Source: Octopus vulgaris (taxonomy: Eukaryota). Taken from it: a DNA stretch of 64,000 bases. The stretch lies in contig OX597827.1 of NCBI GenBank assembly GCA_951406725.2, positions 59,830,001-59,894,000 of the forward strand. Reading direction: 5' to 3'. Shown here piece by piece: positions 41,605 through 53,932 of this stretch (positions are counted from its first letter, which is position 1; each line of letters begins with the position of its first letter). The translations under genes were made by a program, and so were the position numbers. A model generated the notes under the pieces. The model saw only the letters and a list, made by a program, of their open reading frames with translations. It was not told where the DNA came from and ran no database searches.

Positions 41605-42857
41605 TTCGGTTGGCAACTAAGTTCCTGCCATCTTTTTAAATTTTGGAATTTTTTTTTTTCGACAATTCTATTTTTGTAACATTTTGGAATCTATTTTGTT
41701 GGGTTTTTTTCCAGTTAATTTTAGTTAATTTTTGTTTATTTTCGGATCATTAAGTTAAGAAAAACGAGCATTTTCGACACCTCCTTCTTTTTGCTTTTAA
41801 TCAAGGTTCTAAGGCCGCAAAAGCTGCTCGCGACATTTGTCTTGTATATGGAGAAGGTGCCATAGCTGAAAGAACCGCTCGTGATTGGTATGCCAAGTTC
41901 AAAAATGGAAATTTTGACCTCAAAGACGCACCTCGTTCTGGCCGTCCAGTTGAGTTCGATGAAGAGCGATTAAACAAACATTTGCGCGAAAATTCTCGAC
42001 AAACGACAAGAGAACTGGCAGAGAAAATGGAATGCTCTCACACTGCTATAGAGAAGCTTCTTCACTCGATGGGAAAGGTTCAGAAGTATGGAGCATGGGT
42101 CCGCATGCTTTAAGTGACAACGACAAAAATCAACGAGCCACAATCTCTGCTAGTATGGTTGATCGTCAGCGCTCAACTCATCGACACAAGCAACGATTTC
42201 TTTACCGAATCCTTACTGGCGACGAAAAATGGTGCCTGTACACCAATATGAAGCAGCGTAAGGAATGGCTTAGCTCCGGTAAACAAGCGACACCGCGCGT
42301 GAAACAAGATCTTCATCCGCGTAAAACGATGCTGTGCGTATGGTGGGACTGGGAAGGGATTATCCATTACGAATTGCTTGAACGGAACCAAACGGTCCAC
42401 GCGGAACTCTATGTTCAACAGATGGAACGACTCAGCACGGCTATTCAAGAGAAAAGACCTAATCGGCAGCATGGATCTGCTGCACGACAATGCCCGCCCT
42501 CAGATCACCAATATGATCAAGGAAGCCAATCAAACGTATGGCTGGTAAGTGCTGTCACACCCGCCGTACTCTCCTGATTTGGCACCAACAGATTTCCACC
42601 TTTTTCGATCTCTTTCAAATGCTATGCGCGGACTTTCGTTCAATATTGAAGCAGAATTGAGAGCTTGGTTGGATCAATTGTTCGAGTCGAAAGCGGGTGA
42701 TTTCTAACAATGAGGTATTGAAAATCTTGAACGTTGGAAAGAAGTTGTAAACAACAAGGGTGAATACATTAATGATTAATTAGTTGTTATTTTTTTTATT
42801 AAACTTTCTAAACTATTTTAATTTTAAAAAACGGCGGGAACTTAGTTGCCAACCCAA
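41605..42857 (+). mobile_element. full-length mariner (DD34D) with disrupted transposase
   Basis: TIRs TTCGGTTGGCAACTAAGTTCC / GGAACTTAGTTGCCAACCCAA; TA TSD; about 1.25 kb; motifs RSGRP, WV(P)HAL, TGDEKW, HDNARP, HPPYSPDLAPTDFHLF; frameshifts and stops. Confidence 0.97.
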
Positions 42858-42865
42858 TATATATA

Positions 42866-42946
<81 letters not shown>

Positions 42947-43089
42947 GTATATGTGTAATTGTATGTGTATATATATACATATATGTATATATGTGTGTAT
43001 GTATATATATATATATATACATACATATATACATATATACATATATATATACATACATATATGTATATATATGTATATATATATACATA

Positions 43090-43136
<47 letters not shown>

Positions 43137-43471
43137 ATATACATACATGCTTATACACACACACCTGTGTGTGTGTGTGTGAATGTATGTATATATATGG
43201 ATATGTATATATACAAATATGTATACTTTTTCTTTTCGAAATCTTCCTCCTCAACTTTTCTCTCTTCATTCTCTCCTTTCTCTCTACCTGATGTCACAGT
43301 CTTCCCCCTTCCATTCCCCAATCCCTTCTTCCAACACTCCCTATATCCCATTCAATTTTTTCCTCCCACACTCTTCCCGCCCACTATTCATACCTGTCTC
43401 TTCCAGACATCTCCTCACCCCCCCACCCGTTCACCTTATACTTTCTCTTTTCTTGCTCAGTTCACAGCCTT

Positions 43472-43525
<54 letters not shown>

Positions 43526-43664
43526 TGTGTGTAATATGTATGTATACATGTATGTATATGTCTGAAAACACGCCTTACGCAGTAAACACACCTTACACTA
43601 ATCTTATCCAAAACCACACCCAACCATATTCAAGTTTTCACCTTGTTACCATTATCATTACGGG

Positions 43665-43840
43665 GAGGGTATATGGCATAGTGGTTAGGGTGCTAGACTC
43701 ATGATCGTAAGATTGTGGTTTCCATTCCTAGACCCGGCGATGTGTGGTATTCTTGAACAAAGCACATCATTTCATGCTGGTCCAGTTCCCGCAGCTGATA
43801 AAAACGAGTACTCCTGCGATGGACCAACGTTCCAGTTGAG
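43665..43840 (+). mobile_element. SINE type C, degenerate
   Basis: TGGCATAGTGGTTAGGGTGCTAGACTCATGATCGTAAG..GGTTTCCATTCC head. Confidence 0.7.
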
Positions 43841-43890
<50 letters not shown>

Positions 43891-43894
<4 letters not shown>

Positions 43895-44340
43895 AAAATA
43901 AGCAACAAGAATGAATCCGGTAATTTAGTACAATTGTTTCATACTACAACATTTTATTAAAAGCTGTAAATATTACAGCAGATTTGAGATGTCGAGTAAT
44001 CTTCAGCTAATTTTATATAGGTTTTCCAATAATTTAAAGTTCTCAGATCAATTAATAACATCTTAGGGAAGGTAAATATACAGATAAAGATGTAGATATG
44101 AATCTTAGGAACATGAGGTAGTGTAGTTTAGATGCCAACTGGCCAAAACCTTGTTTAATATTTACAGTTTTTAATAAAATGTTGTAGTATGAAACAATTG
44201 TACTAAATTACCGGATTCATTCTTGTTGCTTATTTTTGATTATAATCACCCCGCATATTTTTATGGGTAACACCATAAAAAATTCTGGTGCATCTAAATT
44301 AAGTGCCATATTCATTTGAATCTAAATTGTTGCTGAACTT
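43891..44340. mobile_element. family H3 hammerhead foldback element
   Basis: Arms 43891-43975 / 44156-44240; tail to 44340; minus strand ttag CTGAAGA ttac...gtat GAAA CAATTG TA ctaa (43925-44010). Confidence 0.8.
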
Positions 44341-44371
44341 ATATATATATATATCTTTCTCTCTCTTTTTT

Positions 44372-44594
44372 TCTCTTTACATGTTTCAGTCATGTGACTG
44401 TGGCCATGCTGGAGCACCACCTTTAGTCGAACAGATCGAGCCCAGGACTTATTCCTTGCAAGCCTAGTACTTATTCTATCGGTCTCTTTTGCCGAACCGC
44501 AAGGTTACGGGAACGTAAACACACCAGCATCGGTTGTCAAGCGATGTTGGGATGACAAACACAGACACACAAACATACACACACACACACACAT

Positions 44595-44631
<37 letters not shown>

Positions 44632-44795
44632 CATATATACGACGGGCCTCTTTCAGTTTCCGTCTACGAAATCCACTCACAAAGCTTTTGTCGGCCTGAG
44701 GTTATAGTAGAAGACACTTGCCCAAGGTGCCACGCAGTGGGACTGAAACCGGTGGTTCGTAAGCAAGCTACTTGCCACACAGCCACTTCTACACC

Positions 44796-44797
<2 letters not shown>
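44372..44797 (-). mobile_element. SINE type A
   Basis: Reverse complement of the SINE A consensus. Confidence 0.9.
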
Positions 44798-44827
<30 letters not shown>

Positions 44828-44847
44828 TATATACACACACATATATA

Positions 44848-45240
<393 letters not shown>

Positions 45241-45265
45241 ATATATATATTTGTATGTATGTATG

Positions 45266-45297
<32 letters not shown>

Positions 45298-45480
45298 AAG
45301 GTGGTTGACTATGGTAAATATTTAGCGTGAATGCACCAATACATTTAAGAACAGCAGTTGCTGAAGGTTTGTGCTTTTGGGGCTAGGCTAATCCTGGAAC
45401 TGGGGGCTGGGGGGTCTTTGATTGGCCCTAGTTTATATATATGTCTGTGTGTCTGTATATATATATATATATATATACAA

Positions 45481-45729
45481 ACATAGTAAATAGGGTAATA
45501 AAATAAATTATTATTACCAGTGACCTAGCACAAAAGACGAATTAGTCATTAGACTATATGTTATTCATATATAAATACGTTAAAAGGCTTCCAAATAAAG
45601 AAGCGAGTGCTAGATACACAAAAAGGGGATAAATTCATGAAATGGAATGAAAATCAAAAACGTTTACCAACTTTATCCAAATGTATCCCCTTTTTGTGTA
45701 TCTAGCACTCGCTTCTTTATTTAGAAGCC

Positions 45730-45734
<5 letters not shown>
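45481..45734. mobile_element. family H2 foldback element
   Basis: Arms 45582-45635 / 45680-45734; left tail has TACCAGTGACCTAGC and TAGACTATAT.TTATTCATAT as in the other H2 copies. Confidence 0.75.
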
Positions 45735-45770
<36 letters not shown>

Positions 45771-45772
<2 letters not shown>

Positions 45773-46070
45773 TGGTTAGGGCAGCGAATTCGCGGTCGGA
45801 GGATCGTGGTTTCGATTCTCAGACCGGGCGTTGTGTGTATTTATTGAGCGAAAACGCCTAAAAGCTCCAGGAGGCTCCGGCAGGGGGTGGGGGTGGCGAC
45901 TCCTGTTGTACTCTTTCGCCCCAACTTTCTCTCACTCTTTCTTCCTGTTTCTTGAGTAACGCTGCGATGGACTGGCATCCCGTTCAGCTGGGGAGAACAC
46001 ATACGCCACAGAAACCGGGAAACCGGGCTCATGAGCATGGCAAGGCTTGGAAAGGGGCGAAAAAGAGAAA
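45771..46070 (+). mobile_element. SINE type C
   Basis: Homologous to 10603-10898. Confidence 0.85.
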
Positions 46071-46073
46071 AGA

Positions 46074-46106
<33 letters not shown>

Positions 46107-46120
46107 CAAACAAACATACA

Positions 46121-46152
<32 letters not shown>

Positions 46153-46161
46153 CATATACAT

Positions 46162-46242
<81 letters not shown>

Positions 46243-46337
46243 TTTGAGAATTGAAAAATACTTGAGGGTCACAAAGATATAAAAAAACCCTCTAGCAAAC
46301 GGCATCTTAGACTCATTCTTTCCCTTCTTTACATTAA

Positions 46338-46370
<33 letters not shown>

Positions 46371-46610
46371 ACACACACACACACACACATTCTCGCACAC
46401 ACGCACGCGCACGCACACACTCACACACACACGCCCGCACGCACACACACACCGCTACACACATGCACACACCGTTTCCTTTTCTATTGACAGACACCAC
46501 CAAAACGGAACGGAAAAGACTTAAGAGATATTTCAGGAATGTCTTCATTTGTTGCTGTCGTTGCCGCGCTTGTAGTTGTTGTTGTTGTCGTCGTAATGGT
46601 ATATTATAAT

Positions 46611-46740
<130 letters not shown>

Positions 46741-47239
46741 ACGTCGTCTCCTCCCATTTCTTCTTCATCTCCTCTTCCTCCTCCTCCCCTCCGATTTATT
46801 TTTCGTTTTGCCTCTTTTTCTTATTCTTTTCGCTTCTCTTTTTTTCCTTCACATTCTTCCTTCTCATTCTTCTCCGTTCTCTTCTTTCTTCTCTTCTCTC
46901 CTTCTTTCTCCTCCTCTTCTCCCCCTCATTCTTCTTCCCATTTGTACATTCGACTCAATCAGATGTGAACTGAAATAATGAATGAATGAATGAATTGGAA
47001 ACCTTTTGTACATTCAACAGGAGTGTTTTCAATGTACAAGGTGTATGTCGAAATGCGCATGCGCAAACACACACGCATACATACATACATACATACATAC
47101 ATACATACATACATACATAATACATACATAAATACATACTTTAGTGTAATGGACATACGCCCGTGCTATTATATAAAGATGTGCTCTCAGATGCACACGC
47201 ACACGCATATATGTATGCGTATGCATAATCATATATATC

Positions 47240-47329
<90 letters not shown>

Positions 47330-47366
47330 GGGAAGAAGAGAGCGATACATATACGAACATATATGC

Positions 47367-47464
<98 letters not shown>

Positions 47465-47465
47465 C

Positions 47466-48347
47466 ATTTATAAAGGGCTTAGTAAAATAAATTACTTTGC
47501 CACATACTGAACTCATTAGAAATAGCAACCAAAAAAATTTTTTTAGCCAAATTCTAATACTTAAAGAAAATTTCTCTCAGATAGTGCTTACTCAAAATAG
47601 CCAACGAAGGTATGGGGGTAAAAACATTAAAAAATCACAAGTGCAAAGGTTATTTGAGAACGTACGTTTCTAGATCAGCCAAATACAATTCGACATTTCT
47701 TTCGTCAAATGGTCCCTTTACATACTGAATACTTGGTGAAATTGATTAATAATTAATTAATTTTACCCTCAATTGTTGAAATTATAATTCATTTCTCTCT
47801 GTTTAATGCTTCGGTTTTCACCGATAAAATTATGGTGTTTGCTAGGTTAGCCCACGTGGGTGGAAAGGGGAGGGCAGAAATTCTTCGCTTGCATATTTTG
47901 AATTTGTTGGCACTGTTAGTCTGAACGGATCTTCGGAGGTGAAAAGTCGCCAAAAGGGTATGCTCCTACTTTCAGTGTTTACAAATCCGAATTAAGGAAT
48001 TTTGGGCTGACGAAAGAAATGTCGAATTGTATTTGGCTGATCTAGAAACGTACGTTCTCAAATAACCTTTGCACTTGTGATTTTTTAATGTTTTTACCCC
48101 CATACCTTCGTGGGCTATTTTGAGTAAGCACTATCTGAGAGAAATTTTCTTTAAGTATTAGAATTTGGCTAAAAAAATTTTTTTGGCTGCTATTTCTAAT
48201 GAGTTCAGTATGTGGCAAAGTAATTTATTTTACTAAGCCCTTTATAAAATGTAATATTTTGAATTCGCCTTAAATGGTCCCTTTACATACTGAATACTTG
48301 GTGAAATTGATTAATAATTAATTAATTTTACCGTCAATTGTTGAAAT
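47466..48347 (+). mobile_element. young hammerhead element: inverted arm, direct repeat and 565-bp unit
   Basis: 47466-47707 is the reverse complement of 48008-48250; 47707-47782 matches 48272-48347; (TA)n on both sides. Confidence 0.88.
48001..48062 (+). ncRNA. minimal type I hammerhead ribozyme
   Basis: tttggg CTGACGA aaga...tcta GAAA CGTACG TT ctcaaa. Confidence 0.8.
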
Positions 48348-48370
48348 ATATATATATATATATATATATA

Positions 48371-48480
48371 ATCATATCAGGGTAAGAAAAGTTTTAGAAA
48401 TTTTTACTACCAGTGGCCTAGTGTGTAGAAAAATAAGTCAATAGACTATATATTATTCATATAAATAGTATATATATACA

Positions 48481-48540
<60 letters not shown>

Positions 48541-48745
48541 GTGTGTATGTGTGTGTAAACTCATAAGAGGTATCAATCATACGATTCCTGGTACGCTAGA
48601 AGGAATAGCCAAAAGCAAATGTTTTTATTTTTCATTCTTTTCGAAATTTATCCCTAATAGTGGTTTGGAATTTGGCTATTCCTTCTAGCGTGCCAGGTAT
48701 CCAATGATTGATACCTCTTATGTGTTTAAATGTACACTGTATTTA
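48371..48745. mobile_element. family H2 foldback element interrupted by microsatellite
   Basis: Arms 48557-48613 / 48671-48727; strong similarity to 11860-12243. Confidence 0.75.
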
Positions 48746-48763
48746 TATATATACATAAATATA

Positions 48764-48820
<57 letters not shown>

Positions 48821-48865
48821 GAGCAACGACGATGATGATATGATGCCTATTTCTGTGATGATCAT

Positions 48866-48896
<31 letters not shown>

Positions 48897-48914
48897 ACAC
48901 ACACTCACACATAT

Positions 48915-49080
48915 GCGAAGGCCTTCTTTCAGTTTCCGTCTACCAAATCTACTCACAAGGCTTTGATCGGCCCGACCCTATGTTGGAAAACACATGCCTA
49001 AGGTGTCACACAGTGGTACTGAACCTGGAACCCTGTGGATGAGAAACAAATTCACTATCACACTGCCAGGCCTGCGCCTA
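48915..49080 (-). mobile_element. SINE type A 5' half
   Basis: Reverse complement of the SINE A head. Confidence 0.8.
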
Positions 49081-49129
49081 TAAGCCAAAATGATATATAA
49101 TGATATAACATATTATGTAACATACATAT

Positions 49130-50101
49130 GTATGTTAGGTGGCCAAATGTTAGGGGTGATGTAGTCGCAGAAATTGCCTGGCAGCCATGACTGGGTTCTC
49201 ATACTTGTGTGGCATAGTGCAGAGTTCTGTTGCCAGACATAGGATCTTCCAGCAGCCACCCCCTTGACCCAGGACAGCACTACTTCCTCCAGGCATTTGG
49301 TGTAGGCCTCTGTGCTGAGTCTGAGACTGTGTGGGAAGATGAATGGAAACATAACACCATCACTAGTGATCGCTCCAAACACCATGATGTTGACTGGATA
49401 TTTGATTTTTATCACTTTCGGCACATGTTTTGGGGACACAGCAACCCAATGGTTGTTCTGTGTGTTCACCACCTGATCCTTGCAGAAATTTTTATCGTCC
49501 GAGAAACACCAAAGCATGTTCGGTTGGAGGGGATGTTTGAATTTGTTCAAAAACTTCGTAGAGTGGTCTTTCCTCTTGTCCTTGATGGCTTGGGATAAAA
49601 AAATTGGCCCTTTCTCATTTCGTATGAGGAATACCGAATGTTTTCCTGCACTACATGCCTGATAAGAAACTCTGGCACATCCATATCCTTGGCGTTGGTC
49701 CCGACTGTCTTGGAGAGATCGTTGCAAATCCTGGCCTGGATCTCACCGACAAATTCAGGAGTTCTTTTCTCATCAGAACGATGAGAGTGAGTTTGCCAAG
49801 CTGCCCTACCTTCATAATCACCATTAGATTCATTCAACTCTTTCCGAATACTCTGCATTGTCCTCAGATTGGCACCCGAACATTCTGAAATGTTCGTATT
49901 GGAGCTTCCAGCGCGAATGTCAAGTAGTACAGCGTGTCGTTTCCAAATTTCGGTTAGCGTGAATTGCGTCATGGTGCTGTTTTCCTCACAGACAGTGCCC
50001 AACGGACCCTACTATACTGTGCAGTCGACAAAATCAAAACCAAACAATGCTCATGCACGAAATTGAAAATACAAAATGGCGACAATTTACCCATCGCACT
50101 C

Positions 50102-50103
<2 letters not shown>
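49130..50103 (-). mobile_element. Tc1/mariner maT-like (DD37D) transposon, decayed and 3'-truncated
   Basis: WCFSDDKNF, IMVFGAITSDG, WQQNSALCHTS and IWPPN motifs; end CAGAGTGCGATGGGTAAATTGTCGCCATTT. Confidence 0.85.
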
Positions 50104-50144
<41 letters not shown>

Positions 50145-50254
50145 GTGTGTATGTGTCAACATTTATATATAAAAAGCAATAAAAGGAATTAAAGGTAATT
50201 CTGTGCCACTTCGTAATAATCTTTATTATTATTATTTTTGTTGATATATATATG

Positions 50255-50286
<32 letters not shown>

Positions 50287-50356
50287 CTTTGATACTTTGA
50301 TAGGTTTCGGCCATTATTGGCCCAGGCCATGTCTAACTTAATAGCACCACCTGGTG

Positions 50357-50444
<88 letters not shown>

Positions 50445-50929
50445 ACATATATACATTTTGTGCACACACACACATTCCATCTCTCTCTCTCACTGTTTTC
50501 CTCTCTCTCTCTTTCTCTCCCACACAGGTACACACTCAAAGCTAAGCAAATAATAATTTAAAGAAACAAAACAGACAGGCGTGACACGCAGAGACCACCA
50601 CGACAAAGACACGCCACCACACGCGTCTATAATACAATCTGGCCTATTAGCACGGGTCAGATGTATACGGGTATGTATCTATGCTTGTGTCTTTTTATAT
50701 GTATACGTGTGTATTTGTGTGTGTGTGTGTCTGTGTGTGTCTGTGTGTGTGTTTGTGTTCTTGGGTGGGCTGGTGTAGTGGAAAGGAATGGCATTCGTTT
50801 ATTCCACTCTATAACTCTTCACCCATCACCCAGAGGTTTTGCCAGTTTGACCGTCCGTGACGACCTATCATTCAATCAGTTGCTAACCACATCACACCAA
50901 CATAAACACGAACAAGACGAACGAACCAG

Positions 50930-51650
50930 CACAAGTCCGTATACAGCAGTCGATAAGTCAACGAAGGAAACATGATTCCATGTGGTTGGCAAATCAATGA
51001 TGAAGACATAACGAGGTCGACGAGAACCATTTACGGCAGTCGGAAAGCCAGCGAGGAAAACATGATTCTATGTGTTTGGTAAATCAATGATGGAGGTATA
51101 AATAGGTCGGTTAGAACCATTTACGGCAGTCGGAAAGCCAGCGAGGAAAACACTCCATGTGGTTGCGAGTCAATGATGGAGATATAAATAGGTCGACGAG
51201 GACCATCTACAGAGTCGGGAAGCCAGTGAGAGAGGATCAACTCCATGTAGTTGGTGAGTCAATTATGGAGTCATAACGAGGTCGATGAGTACCATCTACC
51301 GCTGTCAGAAAACCAGCGAGGAAAACACGACTCCATATGGTTGGCGAGTCAATGATAGAGATATAAATTCGTCGACGAGGACCATCTACAAAGTCGGGAA
51401 GCCAGTGAGGGAAGATCAACTCCATGTAGTTGGCGAGTCAATTATGGAGTCATAACGAGGTCGATAAGGATCATCTACAGCTGTCGGAAAGCCAACGTGG
51501 AAAACCCGACTCTATGTGTTTGGTGAGTCAATGATGGAGACATAACGCAATCGACGAGGATCATCTACGGCTGTCGGGAAGCCAGCGACGAAAGCTCAAC
51601 TCCTTGTGAATGGGGTGTCAGTAATGGAGACACAATGAAGCTGACGACTA
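50930..51650. repeat. ~90-bp tandem repeat, about 8 units
   Basis: AGTCGGAAAGCCAGCGAGGAAAACACGACTCCATGTGGTTGGCGAGTCAATGATGGAG... recurring at about 51038, 51128, 51213, 51303, 51393, 51482 and 51572. Confidence 0.9.
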
Positions 51651-52006
51651 ACGAAGTTTTCAGATGAGTGGAGGGTTAACGAGGGCGTCTGTCCGTAGTT
51701 GGTGAACCAGTGAGAGAACTACTTGGTCGGTGAACCAACGATGAACAGACTGAGGCAATTGGCACGACTCTTTAGACGCTGTTTTGGCGCTTGTGGCGCT
51801 GAGTGCACTGGTCACACTGGAGGCACTGGAGGCAAACGCACACATATGCACTCATAAATACACCAGACATACGTACGGACACCAAAAATATTGACGTACA
51901 GATAGAGTGAGAGGGATAAGGTGACAGAGGGGGAGAAAGTGGAAGTAGACATTACGTATACATAGAAGCATAACTAGTTGTTCACTAACATAAACACACA
52001 CACACT

Positions 52007-52063
<57 letters not shown>

Positions 52064-52164
52064 GTAATATTTTGGGTTAATGGGTGTATATCAATTAGTC
52101 TGTTGATGTGTTAAGTAAAGCACCGGCACGGTTTGGGCTACTTTACGTATGAATGTACCAGATA

Positions 52165-53194
52165 TGTGTGTGTGTTCGTGTGTCTGTGTTTGCCCCACCC
52201 GCAACATCGCTTGGCAACCGATGCTGGTATGTTTACGTCGTCGTAACTTAGCAGTTCGGTGAAAGAGACTGATAGAATAAGTACTAGGCTTACAAAACGT
52301 AAGTCCTGGGATCGATTTGCTCGACTAAAGGCGGTGCTACAGCATGGCCAGTCAAAATTTATGCAACATGGTCACAGACTGCAAAATTTATGCAACACAA
52401 TATGATTCACAGTATCCCACCTTTAAGGGACAATCACAGGATGGGTCAAAACGATCGTCGTAGAAAATAAAGGGTTATACCAAATCTATCTTCTGTTTCC
52501 TATTTTGCATATTTGGATTATGTTTTCTGGCCCCTTTATCATTATTTCTTTAAAGATAATAACTTATTTGAATTTTGAATTTATACTTGCTTGCTTAATG
52601 TTCGTTTGGCAGTCAAGGGGCCTTCAGCTGAACAGACACACATGGAGAGGTAAATATATATTTTTTTAAATAGTTTACATAGTAAATCTAGCTGATGAGA
52701 TTTAAGTGTCAATTCAGCACAGAAAGCGAAATCAATTGATACTGCGATGTCTGCCCTCCTATTTGTAGTTTTACAAATTCGGACGATCGTTTTTCTAAAT
52801 GTATTTGCTACATTCTCCGTGCGTGTTTACATATAGTGAGAGATGCGCGGTTTTGGAGAGTTTTAACTCTTCTTTCTAGCCAACAGGTCGGCTAGAGTCC
52901 TGTTTTCCTCGCTGGTTTTCCGAGTGCAAATGAGATATTGTACCCTGACTTTTGATATATATATATTCTTTTCTTTTTTTTCTTTTACTTGTTTCAGTCA
53001 TTTGACTGTGGCCATGCTGTAGCACCGCCTTTAGTCGAGCAAATCGATCCCAGGACTTACTTTTTGTAAGCCTAGTACTTATTCTATCAGTCTCTTTCAC
53101 CGAACTGCTAAGTTACGACGACGTAAACATACCAGCATCGGTTGCCAAGCGATGTTGCGGGTGGGGCAAACACAGACACACGAACACACACACA

Positions 53195-53274
<80 letters not shown>

Positions 53275-53365
53275 CATACGACAGGCTTTCAGTTTCCGTT
53301 TACCAAATCCACTCACATGGCTTTGATCAGCCCGAAGCTATAATAGAAGACACTTGTCCAAGGTG

Positions 53366-53367
<2 letters not shown>
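52165..53367. mobile_element. hammerhead element (52350-52960) bracketed by an inverted duplicated SINE A
   Basis: 52165-52350 is the reverse complement of ~53009-53195; ag CTGATGA gattt...aaagc GAAA TCAATTGA TA ct at 52690-52743. Confidence 0.75.
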
Positions 53368-53438
<71 letters not shown>

Positions 53439-53477
53439 CATACATACATACATACATACATACATACATACGTACGT

Positions 53478-53516
<39 letters not shown>

Positions 53517-53552
53517 TACATATATATATACATACATACATACATACATATA

Positions 53553-53703
53553 TAGTTAATCCAAACATGAAAGCACAAAAAAACACAACACGAGGACGTG
53601 GAACAATTATAGCATTATTGGACGCTCAGGAAAGAAGGAAAGAAGGAGGGTTTAACGTTTCGAGCGGAGCTCTTCGTCGGAAACATAGGAGAAGGAAAGA
53701 TCA
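53553..53703 (-). mobile_element. family H1-related element with intact minimal hammerhead core
   Basis: Minus strand ttt CCGACGA a GAGC tcc GCTC GAAA CG TT aaa (53651-53683). Confidence 0.7.
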
Positions 53704-53714
53704 TATATATACAT

Positions 53715-53932
53715 AGTGGGGGCACTGAAAAGTTTCTACTCTGGGCAAATGAAAATACTAGAGAATTAGTTAATTAGGATTTTATGCAACACGTTCCCCT
53801 CTCAGATTCATACACTTATTGTAACGGCTCTTCAGCTTCTCTAAGCCTTGTAAAAGGGCTCCGAAGGTTAGGCGTCCAACCAGACCTTTCTTAATGCCCT
53901 TTAAGCTAGGACGTTTTCAGCTCCTCCCTCGT
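53715..53932. mobile_element. mariner-derived MITE, degenerate
   Basis: Imperfect TIRs GTGGGGGCACTGAAAAGTTTCTA / TAGGACGTTTTCAGCTCCTCCCTCG. Confidence 0.55.

Noticed and set aside
42032-42577. Mariner ORF as an active transposase
   Set aside because: Frameshifts and internal stops; start region not intact.
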